Shown here piece after piece: positions 38,429 through 49,621 of a stretch of 64,000 bases of DNA. The notes below the pieces were generated by a model. That model was not told the DNA's origin. It worked only from the letters and a program-made list of their open reading frames with translations, and did not search any database. Position 1 is the first letter of the stretch. Each line of letters opens with the position of its first letter. Origin of the DNA: a virus; the IMG/VR virus record IMGVR_UViG_3300042484_001385, positions 4,836 through 68,835 of that record; one strand, written 5' to 3'. The translations under genes and the position numbers were made by a program.

Positions 38429-39189
38429 TCCACCTCTTGATCATATGTAACCGAATACTCTCCACCGAATATCTCGGCATATGACACTATATCTCTATTA
38501 TACCTTATGACGGTATTGATACCAACTTTGTCACACATGTACTTCATACCCTGGACTAGTGGCTCAAAACTCATCTCCTGGCCTGCTAGGGCATTGTTTA
38601 GGGTATCCAGGTATCTTTGCTTGCCATATCTTTTACTTGTAAATGATTGATCAACATAATCAAACCTTGCTTGTGCATCATTTCTTTTTGCAATGTCCGA
38701 ATTGTCCATTATGTACTTAACTGCAGGATGATCCATCCGTTTAGACCAGTTTCGCATGTTATCGCTGTACTTCTCCATGTTCTTTAGAGTTGAATCAGCG
38801 AAAGCCATGCGTATAAGGTCTATATTGGAGGTTTGAACCTCTGTTGCGAAACTTATCAAAAAAGCGGTTGCGAAAGGAAACTTGTCGCTATACGTCGAAA
38901 CGCCAAAGTGCACATTTGGATTAAACGACTCGACTGACATATTGTCCTCAAGTAAGCGCATATGATTTCCAAGAGAAACAAACTCTTGTCTATTCATATC
39001 GCAGTCGACGAACAAACAATCTTCTGCATTGATCCCGTCGGCGAGACATAAAATATTTTTATCATATGAACCGACTATTTTCGAACCGTTAAAACGCTCT
39101 AATAATTTTGCGGTCATAAAACCATCCATGTCGGGGGATATAATTAGATTCTTAGAATACTCAAGTGTTTCGAGTATGGCTGTTTTCAT
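38419..39189 (-). CDS. DHH-like phosphoesterase (divergent)
   Basis: ISPDMDG, LFVDCDM, LGNH, NPN..KFPFATA and ADS. Confidence 0.5.
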   Translation of the reverse strand: MKTAILETLEYSKNLIISPDMDGFMTAKLLERFNGSKIVGSYDKNILCLADGINAEDCLFVDCDMNRQEFVSLGNHMRLLEDNMSVESFNPNVHFGVSTYSDKFPFATAFLISFATEVQTSNIDLIRMAFADSTLKNMEKYSDNMRNWSKRMDHPAVKYIMDNSDIAKRNDAQARFDYVDQSFTSKRYGKQRYLDTLNNALAGQEMSFEPLVQGMKYMCDKVGINTVIRYNRDIVSYAEIFGGEYSVTYDQEVEWK

Positions 39190-39221
39190 TTTTGTAAAAT
39201 ACCCCTTATAATAATCTAGTT

Positions 39222-39491
39222 ATGACAATTCAAGACTGGGCTTCGTTAATCGTCGCAATACTTACAATTGTATCATCAATCGGTCTATCTATCAAGTGGA
39301 TGGTAAAACATTATTTAAGCGAACTTAAGCCAAATTCTGGATCATCATTAAAAGACCAGGTTTCAAGATTAGAGAATGCCTTAGACGAACAAAGAGTAGA
39401 TTCTGAAAGATCAAGAGATAGGCAAGAAAAGAAACTCGACGAAATGTATAGAATTTTAATTGAGCATATTGCCAAAGTTGATAAGAATTAA
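39222..39491 (+). CDS. Membrane-anchored coiled-coil protein
   Basis: N-terminal TM segment, then ELKPNSGSSLKDQVSRLE. Confidence 0.7.
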   Translation: MTIQDWASLIVAILTIVSSIGLSIKWMVKHYLSELKPNSGSSLKDQVSRLENALDEQRVDSERSRDRQEKKLDEMYRILIEHIAKVDKN

Positions 39492-39764
39492 TTCTCCTAT
39501 ATACTATATATAATATATCTTCTATATAAAAACCTTAAAGATAGTTCTTCTTTCTTATATATTTTAAGTATACACCATCCGACATTCTGATGTTTTATGA
39601 CAAACCAGTATAAAACGGACATTACAGACAATAACAATTTGATAACTTTTATATAGATGTCCGTATTGTCCTGATATGATATAATTTATATTGACTAGTA
39701 CTCTGGTTTGTCTCTCATACCCACCAGCCTGAGTACTAGTCATTTTTTATGGTATAATCTCAAT

Positions 39765-40145
39765 ATGAGTACTTGTGGTCCCGAAATTTTTGGAGCAGAT
39801 CCAGCCCGTATAAAGTGGCAAATCGTAAGAGGAGATACCTCCCCATTACGTGTTGAATTTCTTGAAGACGACGAAGTGACATTTTTTGATACATCAGAAT
39901 GGACCTTTGAGGCTACAACCTATGATCCACAATCAGATGTTTTAGATCAATTAGAAGTTACTGCAGGAGAAGGATATGTGGATATTATGGCTCCAGCATC
40001 AATTACAGAACTTTGGGGAACTGGTTATAAATCAGTTGTAACAGAACTAACTTTTGATTTACAAGTAACAACAGATAACACAGTTTGGACACCACTAATA
40101 GGAACAATATCTGTTTTTGGTGATGTAACAGGGGGTAGTTTATAA
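39765..40145 (+). CDS. Virion baseplate adaptor-like (BppU-like) protein
   Basis: IVRGDT..FDLQVT..VWT..G.ISV.GDVT; paralogous to 41918 and 48492. Confidence 0.6.
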   Translation: MSTCGPEIFGADPARIKWQIVRGDTSPLRVEFLEDDEVTFFDTSEWTFEATTYDPQSDVLDQLEVTAGEGYVDIMAPASITELWGTGYKSVVTELTFDLQVTTDNTVWTPLIGTISVFGDVTGGSL

Positions 40146-41158
40146 TGGCAGTTATTAAGATTGTTCCAATGCCTGGAGTGGCAGTAGCGGGACCAGCAGG
40201 ACCACAAGGTCCTAGAGGATATCAAGGCGATACAGGTTTGACAGGTCCACAGGGACCACAAGGCGAACCAGGAGAACCAGGTCTTAACGGACCTGAAGGA
40301 GAAACTGGTCCACAGGGTCCAGCAGGTGCAGACGGTGCAGGGTTTGGAATTTTTTATTTAGGAAATTACAATCCAACAAGTGGATACTTGCCAGACATTG
40401 CAGTAGTTAGAGGATCAGACGGACAACTATACCTTGCTAAGGCAAGTGGACAACTTGGTGATCCAGTTGGTAACACTGCACAATGGGAAGTTTGGATTCC
40501 TAAAGGTGCAGACGGAACAAATGGTGCTAACGGTGCAGACGCACTTTGGAATTTCCTTGGAGAATATAACGGTGGAGCAGACTATAACATTGGAGATGTC
40601 GTAACTTATAATGGTGGAACATATTACAGAATTCTACCTTTAAACGCAGGATATGCTCCAGGAACTGAATATTGGACAACCATTGCAGCACCAGGAGCAG
40701 ATGCAGATGTTTCTTTTCAATCAGTTAGATGGACACCAAACTTTACTGCAACTGGTTTAACATTTACTGGTTCTGACTCTACACATCCAACCTACAACTC
40801 TTATTATGTTAAGGCTGGAAAGATGGTTACTTTTGCTATTGAGGTTGATTGTTCTACCGTCACAAATTTTGGAACAGGTCAATTTAAACTACAACTACCA
40901 TTTACACCAGCAGTTGGTTTTAATCATTTCTCTGGTTGGGCACAAATTGATACTGCGGTAAATCCAGATATAACAAATGGACATGTTATTCTTAATGTTG
41001 ATCATGCTGGAGTTACAGATATACTTGACTTACACTATTTAAAGCAAGCAGGTGGCGCACATACTCCAATTATTGAAGGACTATTTTTGCAGGGCACACC
41101 AGTAACATTAACTACATCTAGCAAGATATATGTTAATGGTACTTATATTTCTGAATAA
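40145..41158 (+). CDS. Collagen-repeat tail fibre protein with carbohydrate-binding-like modules
   Basis: GXY repeats; [18 protein letters not shown] modules. Confidence 0.75.
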   Translation: MAVIKIVPMPGVAVAGPAGPQGPRGYQGDTGLTGPQGPQGEPGEPGLNGPEGETGPQGPAGADGAGFGIFYLGNYNPTSGYLPDIAVVRGSDGQLYLAKASGQLGDPVGNTAQWEVWIPKGADGTNGANGADALWNFLGEYNGGADYNIGDVVTYNGGTYYRILPLNAGYAPGTEYWTTIAAPGADADVSFQSVRWTPNFTATGLTFTGSDSTHPTYNSYYVKAGKMVTFAIEVDCSTVTNFGTGQFKLQLPFTPAVGFNHFSGWAQIDTAVNPDITNGHVILNVDHAGVTDILDLHYLKQAGGAHTPIIEGLFLQGTPVTLTTSSKIYVNGTYISE

Positions 41159-41178
41159 TACCGTGAGATAATGTCTTC

Positions 41179-41910
41179 ATGGCTGTTTCTAAATCTATGG
41201 ACTTTCCATCTGGAAAAAAGTCTTCATACGCTGCACAAGTAGAACAGAGTCAGGCAACTGGATTACCAGATAATACTTTATCGTTTCTTCCTGTACCAGG
41301 CCCAGTAGGGCCACAGGGACCTGCAGGCAAAGACGGCAAAGATGGAAAGCAAGGAGATCAAGGTCCAGAAGGAAAAGAGGGACCAAAAGGTGCACAAGGT
41401 CCAGCAGGCAAAGACGGTCTAAGTTCTCTTTCATCTTCAGGACAGCAAGCAGGTTGGGCTTCATACACAAACGCTATTGACAAACCAACAAAATTAGGTA
41501 TCTCTCAAGGAGACGATGGCTGGGTAACTCTTATTCTCGACACAAAGGATAAAAAACAAAATGAGAAATATCTTCCAAAAGATTGCACCAGCCTTTGGAA
41601 CAGCCACCAAAGAGCCCTAAACTTTCACGGTATAAAAGAAGGATCTCAAGTATTTGTAACGTATAATTTTGAATTAACTACCTACACTCCTAATACAGAG
41701 GTTTGGCTAAGAACATATTTTGCAAGCAAGGACCAGGAGTTTGTTCAATTGGTAGGATCTTTTAAATATCAAGGAACTTATGTCCTTTCTTCTACCCAGC
41801 AGATTTTTATAGAGGATATTTCTATGTGGGGCAACGGAGCAGTTCCTCAAATTAGAACAGATTTTGATGCATCCGTAATTTTCAATTCAGTATACGTCAG
41901 CGTGGTATAA
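41179..41910 (+). CDS. Collagen-repeat virion protein
   Basis: GPVGPQGPAGKDGKDG... repeats. Confidence 0.75.
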   Translation: MAVSKSMDFPSGKKSSYAAQVEQSQATGLPDNTLSFLPVPGPVGPQGPAGKDGKDGKQGDQGPEGKEGPKGAQGPAGKDGLSSLSSSGQQAGWASYTNAIDKPTKLGISQGDDGWVTLILDTKDKKQNEKYLPKDCTSLWNSHQRALNFHGIKEGSQVFVTYNFELTTYTPNTEVWLRTYFASKDQEFVQLVGSFKYQGTYVLSSTQQIFIEDISMWGNGAVPQIRTDFDASVIFNSVYVSVV

Positions 41911-41917
41911 TAAAACT

Positions 41918-42547
41918 ATGGCATTTCCAGGCGAACTTAATATAAATTACTACAAGGGTGACACCCATGAGTTTAAGGTCTACCCTCAAAAGACTGATGG
42001 CTCAACATTTTATTTAACTGACTATAGCAACTCTACATTTACAATTGCTGAATCTCGTGGAGCAGCAGGAGTAGCATTAGGACAAATAAATGCCAGTGCA
42101 AGGATATTTAGTGATTACATACTTTGTGCTATAACTCCAGAAAATGGAAAACTTATGGATGCAACAAAAACATACGTTTATGATATTCAGGTTTATGCTC
42201 AGGGATCAGACACATATGATAAAGTCTTTACTCTTTTAACTGGTTCTATATCAGTAACAGATGATGTAACTCAAGATATTGGAACTCCAAATAGAGCGAT
42301 TCCAACCTATAGGGTTATTTATCACAATACAAATGCAACTAGCGGGGTTGTACCAACAGATACAAATGAATATCTTCCAAATCAAAATGTTATTGTTGCA
42401 AACAATGGAACTCTTGCAAGAATTGGATATACTTTTGCTGGATGGACAAAATTTTCAGACGGTACTGGAACAGTATACACATCAGGGTCAACAATACCTC
42501 TTGTAAATGAAGACATAAAACTTTATGCTAAATGGACAGCGGTATGA
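41918..42547 (+). CDS. BppU-like protein with C-terminal Listeria-Bacteroides (InlB B-type) repeat
   Basis: YKGDT..YVYDIQV..GSISVTDDVT; Y.V.Y..N..GYTFAGW..LYAKW. Confidence 0.65.
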   Translation: MAFPGELNINYYKGDTHEFKVYPQKTDGSTFYLTDYSNSTFTIAESRGAAGVALGQINASARIFSDYILCAITPENGKLMDATKTYVYDIQVYAQGSDTYDKVFTLLTGSISVTDDVTQDIGTPNRAIPTYRVIYHNTNATSGVVPTDTNEYLPNQNVIVANNGTLARIGYTFAGWTKFSDGTGTVYTSGSTIPLVNEDIKLYAKWTAV

Positions 42548-43128
42548 CAGAAGTTTTTGTATCAACTGACGATGTAAAAGTTATTGGCGGTACAGAAACG
42601 GTCAATGTTGAAGTTGATTTTGGTCCACAGGGAGATAGAGGAAACCTTTTTCTTGTTGGTTACGGACATCCAAATAACGCAGGGCTAACAGACATACAAT
42701 CTCTTGACATATACATAAATATTGAACCAACAGATGAAGACTATCTTAATCTATATCAATATGTAGATCAAAGTGGAACTAAAACTTGGACTTTAGTTGG
42801 ACCACTTACTACAGATAAGTTTAGTTCTATAAGAAATGTAACCTTTGTAAATGGACAGGCATCTAGCAATATAGAGTTTAAGGTTTTAAATATAGTGCCT
42901 GCTGGACTTATTGGATCACTTACAGCATCAAGTTTTAATATTCAGTGTACCTTCCAAAACTCAGAAAATCCAGTTGCACACTCAATTGTTATTAATCCAA
43001 TCACAGTACAGGTTTCAACAGGAGACGTTATATTGCCTATAGGAATAAATGCTGCTGAATTTTCAGAAAGCACATGGACAGGGCTTAGTGGAACCCACGT
43101 AGTTCATTTCTTAATTACGGTGGTATAA
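42544..43128 (+). CDS. Putative virion structural protein
   Basis: DFGPQGDRG motif; lies in tail cluster. Confidence 0.55.
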   Translation: MTEVFVSTDDVKVIGGTETVNVEVDFGPQGDRGNLFLVGYGHPNNAGLTDIQSLDIYINIEPTDEDYLNLYQYVDQSGTKTWTLVGPLTTDKFSSIRNVTFVNGQASSNIEFKVLNIVPAGLIGSLTASSFNIQCTFQNSENPVAHSIVINPITVQVSTGDVILPIGINAAEFSESTWTGLSGTHVVHFLITVV

Positions 43129-43147
43129 TCTAAGATGGTGATATATA

Positions 43148-43879
43148 ATGGCTAAATATGTTGATGGTTCGGAAAATGGATCTGGTTTATACACAACCAG
43201 AGTTCCTGAGTATACCGACGCAGCCGATATTCAAGAGGCTTTAAAACTCTACCATTATGGTTCAAATGTTGTTCCAACGGTAAACACGCTTGGTGGTCTT
43301 AATGGCATCAATACACAATCAATAGCAGGACATCTTAAGAAATTAGAAAACGATATTGATGCCCTACCAACAATGTCTGAGGTTACTGACCTTATTGATG
43401 GTGTAACAGGAGAATATTCAGAACTTGCTGGTGTGGGAATTGACTGGAATTCTGTTGATTTTCAATTTGATATTAGTCCAAGACTAACTCTTATATCCCC
43501 AAAAGAACTAACAAATATTTCTGCAACTGCAGCAACTGGAGCAATCGATATTGATATTATTGCTTCTTCTGTTAACATTCGCACCTCAAATGCCACTGCA
43601 AATTGGACAATAAACATTCGTGGTGATGCAACAACGACTCTTAATTCGTTAATGACAACAGGGGAGCAAATATCTGTTGTATTTGAATCTTCTCAAGGCG
43701 GAACTGCATATTATCCAACAGCACTTACTATTGACGGTGCATCAGTAACTCCTAAATGGTTAGGTGGAATAGCCCCTTCTTCAGGAAACATTAACTCAAC
43801 TGATGTTTATGTTTATACAATTAGGAAAACAGGTACATCAACATTTACCGTACTTGCATCACAAAATAAGTTTGCTTAA
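43148..43879 (+). CDS. Putative tail fibre/tail-associated protein
   Basis: [13 protein letters not shown]; shares [14 protein letters not shown] with 52167; C-terminal beta domain. Confidence 0.6.
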   Translation: MAKYVDGSENGSGLYTTRVPEYTDAADIQEALKLYHYGSNVVPTVNTLGGLNGINTQSIAGHLKKLENDIDALPTMSEVTDLIDGVTGEYSELAGVGIDWNSVDFQFDISPRLTLISPKELTNISATAATGAIDIDIIASSVNIRTSNATANWTINIRGDATTTLNSLMTTGEQISVVFESSQGGTAYYPTALTIDGASVTPKWLGGIAPSSGNINSTDVYVYTIRKTGTSTFTVLASQNKFA

Positions 43880-43896
43880 AGCAGGTAGGGAGAATC

Positions 43897-44853
43897 ATGA
43901 GTCCATTATTTCGTGACCCAAGTGGTATAGGAATATTTCTAGCATTTCCCACACCTACTCCTACACCTACACCTACTCCTACACCTACTGCTACTCCTAC
44001 ACCTACTGCTACTCCTACACCTACTGCTACTCCTACGCCTACTGCTACTCCTACGCCTACTCCTACACCTACTGCTACACCAACACCAACACCAACACCA
44101 ACACCAACACCAACACCAACACCAACACCAACTCCAACGCCAACTCCAACGCCAGGAACAGGTTACGTATACTTTACCTATTGTTATGAGGGAACTCCAA
44201 CATCAGATACATTCTTTGTTGATGAAAACAACGTTATCGTTCAAGACATAAATAATGCTTGCGCTGCATATGCTGCTGTAGTTGCTGGCTTGCCAGGTGG
44301 AGGTGGAACAAACTACTCTTGCTCAATTGTTTCAATGCCTGCGTTACCAACAGATTGCACTCCAACACCAACACCAACACCAACACCAACACCAACACCA
44401 ACACCAACACCAACACCAACACCAACACCAACACCAACACCAACACCAACACCAACACCAACACCAACACCAACCTTAACAACATATTATGCATGTTGTA
44501 CTAATGGAGCGTCAGTTAGTGGTTCTTATGAGGACTCATTTGCAGCAGTAACAGGTCTAAATGCTGCATGTAATGCTAATGAACCAGGAAACACTGTATC
44601 AGGAGGAGTGTTTACTACACCTCAAAGTTGTTCTGCACCACCGTTCTTCCCACCGTTCTTCCCGTTCTTCCCGTTCTTCCCTTACTTTGCTCCAACACCA
44701 ACACCTACTGCCACACCAACACCTACTGCCACACCAACACCTACTGCTACACCAACCCCAACTGCTACACCTGCACCAGGATTTTGTGGTGATGGGGGCC
44801 CAACATGTGGCGGAGCATTTGGTAATTGTGTTCCTGGACCATGTGGAGAGTAA
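43897..44853 (+). CDS. Mucin-like (PT)n protein with Cys-rich domains, short PFF tract and Cys/Gly C-terminus
   Basis: Three PT/TAT repeat tracts; [17 protein letters not shown]; ends [22 protein letters not shown]. Confidence 0.75.
   Translation: MSPLFRDPSGIGIFLAFPTPTPTPTPTPTPTATPTPTATPTPTATPTPTATPTPTPTPTATPTPTPTPTPTPTPTPTPTPTPTPTPGTGYVYFTYCYEGTPTSDTFFVDENNVIVQDINNACAAYAAVVAGLPGGGGTNYSCSIVSMPALPTDCTPTPTPTPTPTPTPTPTPTPTPTPTPTPTPTPTPTPTPTLTTYYACCTNGASVSGSYEDSFAAVTGLNAACNANEPGNTVSGGVFTTPQSCSAPPFFPPFFPFFPFFPYFAPTPTPTATPTPTATPTPTATPTPTATPAPGFCGDGGPTCGGAFGNCVPGPCGE
43948..44776 (+). repeat. Coding tandem repeats ccaaca/cctact (Pro-Thr)
   Basis: Tracts at ~43948-44154, 44359-44475 and 44692-44776. 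Confidence 0.9.
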
Positions 44854-44881
44854 TGATATACTTATATTATAAGGAGAAATA

Positions 44882-45295
44882 ATGTACGCTTGTATAGTAA
44901 AAAATAATAATAATACATGGGACATATTTACTGTGTTTCCATATATTCCAGATGAAAAAAAACAAAGAATTGACTCTGCAATAGAAAGTGGTCTTCCAAT
45001 TTTTTCTAGAAATTTAACAGAATTTGGAAGATCAGTTAGAAGTGGTGCTATTTGGGACGGAACACAGTTTAATGGTGGAGACCCAACGTCGCTAATAGAA
45101 GGTGCATCAAGAGGACAGTACTCCTACATATGCAACAATATGATTATTCTTACACTTCTTACACAACTTGATACTGATCTTGATATTCAAATGTCAGCAA
45201 TATTTGAAAGTGAAACAACAATAATTAAGGTTCCAGAAGGACAAACAGCATCTGTTGGCGATATATGGGATGGACAAAAAGTAGTTAGTCTATAA
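44882..45295 (+). CDS. Hypothetical protein, paralog of 54861-55289
   Basis: GAIWDGTQFNGG..FESETT..PEGQTASVGDIWDG. Confidence 0.7.
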   Translation: MYACIVKNNNNTWDIFTVFPYIPDEKKQRIDSAIESGLPIFSRNLTEFGRSVRSGAIWDGTQFNGGDPTSLIEGASRGQYSYICNNMIILTLLTQLDTDLDIQMSAIFESETTIIKVPEGQTASVGDIWDGQKVVSL

Positions 45296-45310
45296 AAAGA
45301 GAGGATAAGA

Positions 45311-46513
45311 ATGTCAAAGTGGGAAGAGTGGAAAAAGGCTCAAGGAGAAACAAGACCCTGGCATATACTTGATTCAAATAAGTATATAGAGGACGAAAAT
45401 TTAGGGAAAAAAAGACTTGAAATATGTAAAACATGTCCAGAACTAATAAAATTAACTACGCAGTGTAAAAAGTGTGGATGTTTTATGGCAGCCAAAACAA
45501 AAATACAAGCAGCATCTTGCCCAATAGGTAAATGGGGTGCAGAGCAAAAAACAATAGAAGAGTTATCAGATGACACTTCATCAAAAATTTTTATAAATAT
45601 TCCATCATATAAAGATCCAGAAATATGGCTAACGGTTGAAAATTTTATTAATAATGCTAAGCATCCAGAAAGAATATTTTTTGCTATAACACTTCAGTCT
45701 ATAGATCAAAAAGATGATAGGTTAAAGGCTTCTTTTTATAATAATGTTAAAGCAGATATTATTGAGCCAGGATCCTTGATTGGATGCCAGCCAGCAAGAA
45801 AAAATTCTCATAAGTTTTATAACAATGAAGATTACTATTTAAACATGGACTCTCATATGAGATCTATAAAAAACTGGGATGTTGAAATAATTCGAGAATA
45901 CGAAAAAAATAAAGTAGAGCATGGAGTCTCAGTATTTACAGCCTATGCTCCGCCTTATGATTTGCTTGAAGATGGTACAGACCTCATTGATTCAAATATA
46001 ACAAGCAATCCAACATTTTACATGTCTGAGTCAAACACAGAAAATTTTTATAAAAACCTTGTACCTCAATTTACATCTCAGTACACAGGTTCTGGCAAGA
46101 ACGTATTTTCACCATACGTATCTGGACATTTCTTTTTTACTGAAAAACAAGTTATTGAAAAGGTTCCTTTCATGTCAGAAATTACATTCACAGAGGAAGA
46201 GCCTCTTATGGCACTTAGATTCTTTACTGCTGGATTTAACTTAATAACACCAAGCAAGGTTTTTGTTTATCACAGGTATGGAAGAGGAGGAAGAAGTTTA
46301 TTTTGGGAAGATTTTCCAGAAAAGTTTTTTCCAGAAGATCAAAAATCTAGAGACTATTTTAAAGAATTAGTAAAAAATAACAGAATAGATCCAGAAAATG
46401 GATTATTTGCAGAAAGATCTTTAGAAGATTATGAGAAGTACTCTGGAATTAGTTTTTCTTCTGGAACACTGCATGATGGAGTAAAATCTGGATTACCATC
46501 TGGATCTTTTTGA
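45311..46513 (+). CDS. DUF6171-like Cys domain fused to GT60-type (Skp1-hydroxyproline/polypeptide GlcNAc-transferase-like) glycosyltransferase
   Basis: N-terminal RLEICKTC..QCKKCGCFM..CPIGKW; IFINIPSYKDPE, A.HPERIF, G...AR, EDYYLNMDSHMR..WD, EE..MALR.FT.G and YH.Y. Confidence 0.75.
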   Translation: MSKWEEWKKAQGETRPWHILDSNKYIEDENLGKKRLEICKTCPELIKLTTQCKKCGCFMAAKTKIQAASCPIGKWGAEQKTIEELSDDTSSKIFINIPSYKDPEIWLTVENFINNAKHPERIFFAITLQSIDQKDDRLKASFYNNVKADIIEPGSLIGCQPARKNSHKFYNNEDYYLNMDSHMRSIKNWDVEIIREYEKNKVEHGVSVFTAYAPPYDLLEDGTDLIDSNITSNPTFYMSESNTENFYKNLVPQFTSQYTGSGKNVFSPYVSGHFFFTEKQVIEKVPFMSEITFTEEEPLMALRFFTAGFNLITPSKVFVYHRYGRGGRSLFWEDFPEKFFPEDQKSRDYFKELVKNNRIDPENGLFAERSLEDYEKYSGISFSSGTLHDGVKSGLPSGSF

Positions 46514-46517
46514 GATA

Positions 46518-47306
46518 ATGAATATCCAAGATTTAAAAACAGTTGCAATCGTAACATCTTTTATAGATATAGGAAGAGGAAACTGGCAGGGTTGGGCCAA
46601 CAGAACACAGGACAACTATTTTGAGTATTTTAAAAATTTATCACATCTAGAAAACCCTTTATATATATATGTTGATGATAGTTTAAAGTCAAGGGTTTTA
46701 GATTTAAGGCAGGGTAGGCCAACATATTTTATAGAGTCAAACGTTTATGATGATTTTAAATATTTATATAATGAAATACTTAGAGTTCATAGCCTAGATT
46801 CTTTTAAAAAATCTATACCTGCTCATCTTCTTAATCATCCAGAATATTGGAGCCCAGACTATGTTTTTGTTACATTGTTAAAATATAAAATAGTAAAACT
46901 TGCTATTAATCAATTTAAAATAAAAGAAGATTTAGTATCTTGGATTGATTTTGGATATAAAAGAGATAATGTTTTTATTGGAAACTACCTATCCCTTCCT
47001 TTTCCAAAAAATAAAATAACAGTTTTTTCTCAAAAAGAAATAAAAGACCCAGACATATCCTTTTCTGTATTAAATAACGATGTATACATTATGGGTTCTC
47101 CAATAATAGGATCTAAAGATAACTGGATAGAATTAATAAATCTGTGTGATGAATCTTGCGCTGATTTGTTTAATATGGATATTATAGATGATGATCAAGG
47201 AATATGGCTTATGTCATATCTAAAAAACAAAGAACTATTTAATGTCATTGTGACAGAAGAATGGTTCCCTTTATTTAAATACAACACAAGCCATACTATT
47301 ACTTAG
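46518..47306 (+). CDS. HtrL/YibB (WlaTC-like) putative glycosyltransferase
   Basis: IVTSFIDIGR..W..R...YF.YF..L..LENP, PEYW..DY..K, SWIDFGY and DDDQ. Confidence 0.75.
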   Translation: MNIQDLKTVAIVTSFIDIGRGNWQGWANRTQDNYFEYFKNLSHLENPLYIYVDDSLKSRVLDLRQGRPTYFIESNVYDDFKYLYNEILRVHSLDSFKKSIPAHLLNHPEYWSPDYVFVTLLKYKIVKLAINQFKIKEDLVSWIDFGYKRDNVFIGNYLSLPFPKNKITVFSQKEIKDPDISFSVLNNDVYIMGSPIIGSKDNWIELINLCDESCADLFNMDIIDDDQGIWLMSYLKNKELFNVIVTEEWFPLFKYNTSHTIT

Positions 47307-47862
47307 GAAATTTACTCATCCAAAACTTGGTTCTTGGAGTGATGCCCTTCCATGAGGACCAATCTTCTCCACCATTTGTCATATAGTATGCAATTTCTGC
47401 ATTCTTTACTGGATTGAATAGTTCAGCGTTAGAGTCAAGATCAAACTTGGTTCTACGATCAGGACCAAGGGAATCAATCATATTAATTTGGAACATACCA
47501 TAGGACGAGTCTCCAGTCTTATGATTGCCGTTAAAAGCCAATGGTCGCCCATTAGACTCTTTTTTAGCCACTGCCCAAGCAACAACAAGGTCTTTACCCT
47601 TGAAGCCTACTAATGAAAGCAGTTCTTTTAGTTCTAAATCAGTCAGAGAAACCTTGTTCTCAAAACTCTCTAGTTTTTTTGCTTTAGAAACCAAAAAAAC
47701 CTCTTTCGAGGCGGTTTCCGATGTCTGAGCCTGTTCCAGGCCAAGATTGTTCTTTGTATCAAGATCTGAAATAGCATTAGCAGAGTTAGACATAACCGTT
47801 ACTAGTGCTACGATACTGAGTGTGCTAATGATCTCTTTGTTTCTTTCGATAAATTTAATCAT
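47299..47862 (-). CDS. Secreted lytic transglycosylase (lysozyme-like fold)
   Basis: Signal/TM segment; AVAKKES.G..A.NGN..GDSSYGMFQINM..LFNPVKNA..DWSSW. Confidence 0.8.
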   Translation of the reverse strand: MIKFIERNKEIISTLSIVALVTVMSNSANAISDLDTKNNLGLEQAQTSETASKEVFLVSKAKKLESFENKVSLTDLELKELLSLVGFKGKDLVVAWAVAKKESNGRPLAFNGNHKTGDSSYGMFQINMIDSLGPDRRTKFDLDSNAELFNPVKNAEIAYYMTNGGEDWSSWKGITPRTKFWMSKFPK

Positions 47863-47963
47863 AGTTTCCTCCTTAGAAAACAATAACACCCTGGTAGGTG
47901 TTACTTACTAGTATAACATAATTTTGAGCAAAAGGTCAAATCTGGGTGTATAATTATTTTATT

Positions 47964-48479
47964 ATGACCACATATGACTTTTCAGCCACAGGAATAAAAT
48001 ATCCTCTTGAAACTTCTCCTGTAAATGTGCATGGAGATTTAAAAAAGTTAGCAGAATCACTTGACGCTATACTTCCAGCATACGGGGTATCATATTTTCA
48101 GATTCAAGTAAAAAATAATAGTGGTGCAAGTATTTCTGCTGGTGTTCCAGTTTATGCAACTGGATATAGCACAAAAACAACAATAGCAAAAGCACTTCCT
48201 TCTACATCCTCTCCAATACTTGGTTTATTAAAAAATACCACAGCAAACGGATCTGACGGCATTGTAGTTGTTGCTGGAGTTATGGAAGGCGTGAATACTC
48301 AAAGTTTCTTGGCAGGTCAAACATTGTATGTTGGAGAATCTGGGGGACTAACAAATGTTAGACCTACTAATGGATCAGCAGCAGTTGGAATAGTTGCATA
48401 TGCAGCAGCAGAAGGAATTATTATAGTAGAAGCAAAAGGAAACGGTACCTGGGGAGCACTCAGAGACGGTTTGTCGTGA
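47964..48479 (+). CDS. Putative virion protein
   Basis: VKNNSG..I.AG.PVY..G..GQTLYV..GGLT..RP. Confidence 0.6.
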   Translation: MTTYDFSATGIKYPLETSPVNVHGDLKKLAESLDAILPAYGVSYFQIQVKNNSGASISAGVPVYATGYSTKTTIAKALPSTSSPILGLLKNTTANGSDGIVVVAGVMEGVNTQSFLAGQTLYVGESGGLTNVRPTNGSAAVGIVAYAAAEGIIIVEAKGNGTWGALRDGLS

Positions 48480-48491
48480 TATAATAACAAT

Positions 48492-48902
48492 ATGGCAACT
48501 TTAAGAGGATCTCAATCATCATACGACATAGGAAATAAACCTCCTACAGTTATTTGGACTGTAGTTCGTGGAGATACTTCTGGATTTAAGGTTTATGTAA
48601 CAGATGATGCAAAGGTCCCGCTAATTTTAAAAGGCCCTGGATCTGAATGGGACATTGCTATGAAAATTAAAAGACCAAATTCAACACCTGGAATAATCAC
48701 AGATGACGCTGTAACAGTAATGGCATTGCATCCAGTCGCAGATGAAGATGACCTAGTTGGAGAATTTACAGTTTGGCTTACAGCAGAAGAATCTAATGTC
48801 TTACAAACAGGAGACATCTTTGATATTCAAGTGTCAGATCCAACAAGAGTTTGGACAGTTGCTCAGGGCAGCATGAAGATTCTTGAAGATGTAACAGATT
48901 AA
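48492..48902 (+). CDS. BppU-like baseplate adaptor protein
   Basis: VVRGDT..FDIQVS..VWTV.QG.M.ILEDVT. Confidence 0.6.
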   Translation: MATLRGSQSSYDIGNKPPTVIWTVVRGDTSGFKVYVTDDAKVPLILKGPGSEWDIAMKIKRPNSTPGIITDDAVTVMALHPVADEDDLVGEFTVWLTAEESNVLQTGDIFDIQVSDPTRVWTVAQGSMKILEDVTD

Positions 48903-49126
48903 TGGCAACAGCAGTAATCCTTGACGACTTAAAGAACAAGACAGAGCGAATCTTTCCAATAGATTATGCAGTAGTTCAAGTAGAAGACTTTACAAGAACA
49001 ACTGTTATAACTGAGGTTTTACCATTTAGAGTTAAGTTTACAGCCATTCAAATTGTGGCTATTGGTTTAGGTAATACCCCGCCAATTCCGCTACAGGTTA
49101 TTGGCTACAGCAACTATATTCTTTAA
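48902..49126 (+). CDS. Hypothetical virion protein
   Basis: ORF coupled by TAATG. Confidence 0.55.
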   Translation: MATAVILDDLKNKTERIFPIDYAVVQVEDFTRTTVITEVLPFRVKFTAIQIVAIGLGNTPPIPLQVIGYSNYIL

Positions 49127-49158
49127 CTAGATAATTAAAAGGGTGATATAATTACCAC

Positions 49159-49605
49159 ATGGCTAAAATATCAATTTCAAACGTAAAGGCCCTGTTTCAA
49201 ACAGGAGACAGACCTACTCAAGAAAATTATGTAGATCTAATTGATACCGCAGCAGCCCAAGCAACAGACTTAGGTTCTTCAGGTAACAATGAAAACACAA
49301 TTGATGGCATTGAGAACGTAACTGTAATTGATAGTTTTGATGCCACAGTTTGGCGCATGGTCAAGTATATTATTTCAATATCAAAGACCTCTGCAGGGGA
49401 CAACAAGTTCTATGCAACTGAATTAACTATTCTTGCTGAAGGTACAAATGTATCTGTAAGCGAGTACGGCACTATCGACACGAATGGGAATATTGGCACC
49501 ATTAATGTCTCTCGCACTGGAAATACCGTGGCCTTAACAGTCACTCCAGATCCTGCGATCAAGCCAGTCACAGTTCGTTACGCACGAATTGGACTTAAGG
49601 CATAA
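49159..49605 (+). CDS. Virion protein
   Basis: FQTGDRPTQ..Y.DLIDT; C-terminal domain like that of 49622 (SEYG/TEYG). Confidence 0.6.
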   Translation: MAKISISNVKALFQTGDRPTQENYVDLIDTAAAQATDLGSSGNNENTIDGIENVTVIDSFDATVWRMVKYIISISKTSAGDNKFYATELTILAEGTNVSVSEYGTIDTNGNIGTINVSRTGNTVALTVTPDPAIKPVTVRYARIGLKA

Positions 49606-49621
49606 CTAAGGAGATATAAAA

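Noticed and set aside
40145-41910. Collagen-repeat proteins as the main prolyl-hydroxylase substrates
   Set aside because: Pro is mostly in the X position of GXY and the genes are 14 kb from the oxygenases; not excluded, but the PFF protein is the adjacent candidate
44234-44504. (VL)n, (NT)n and (QH)n ORFs
   Set aside because: Alternative-frame readings of the ccaaca repeat
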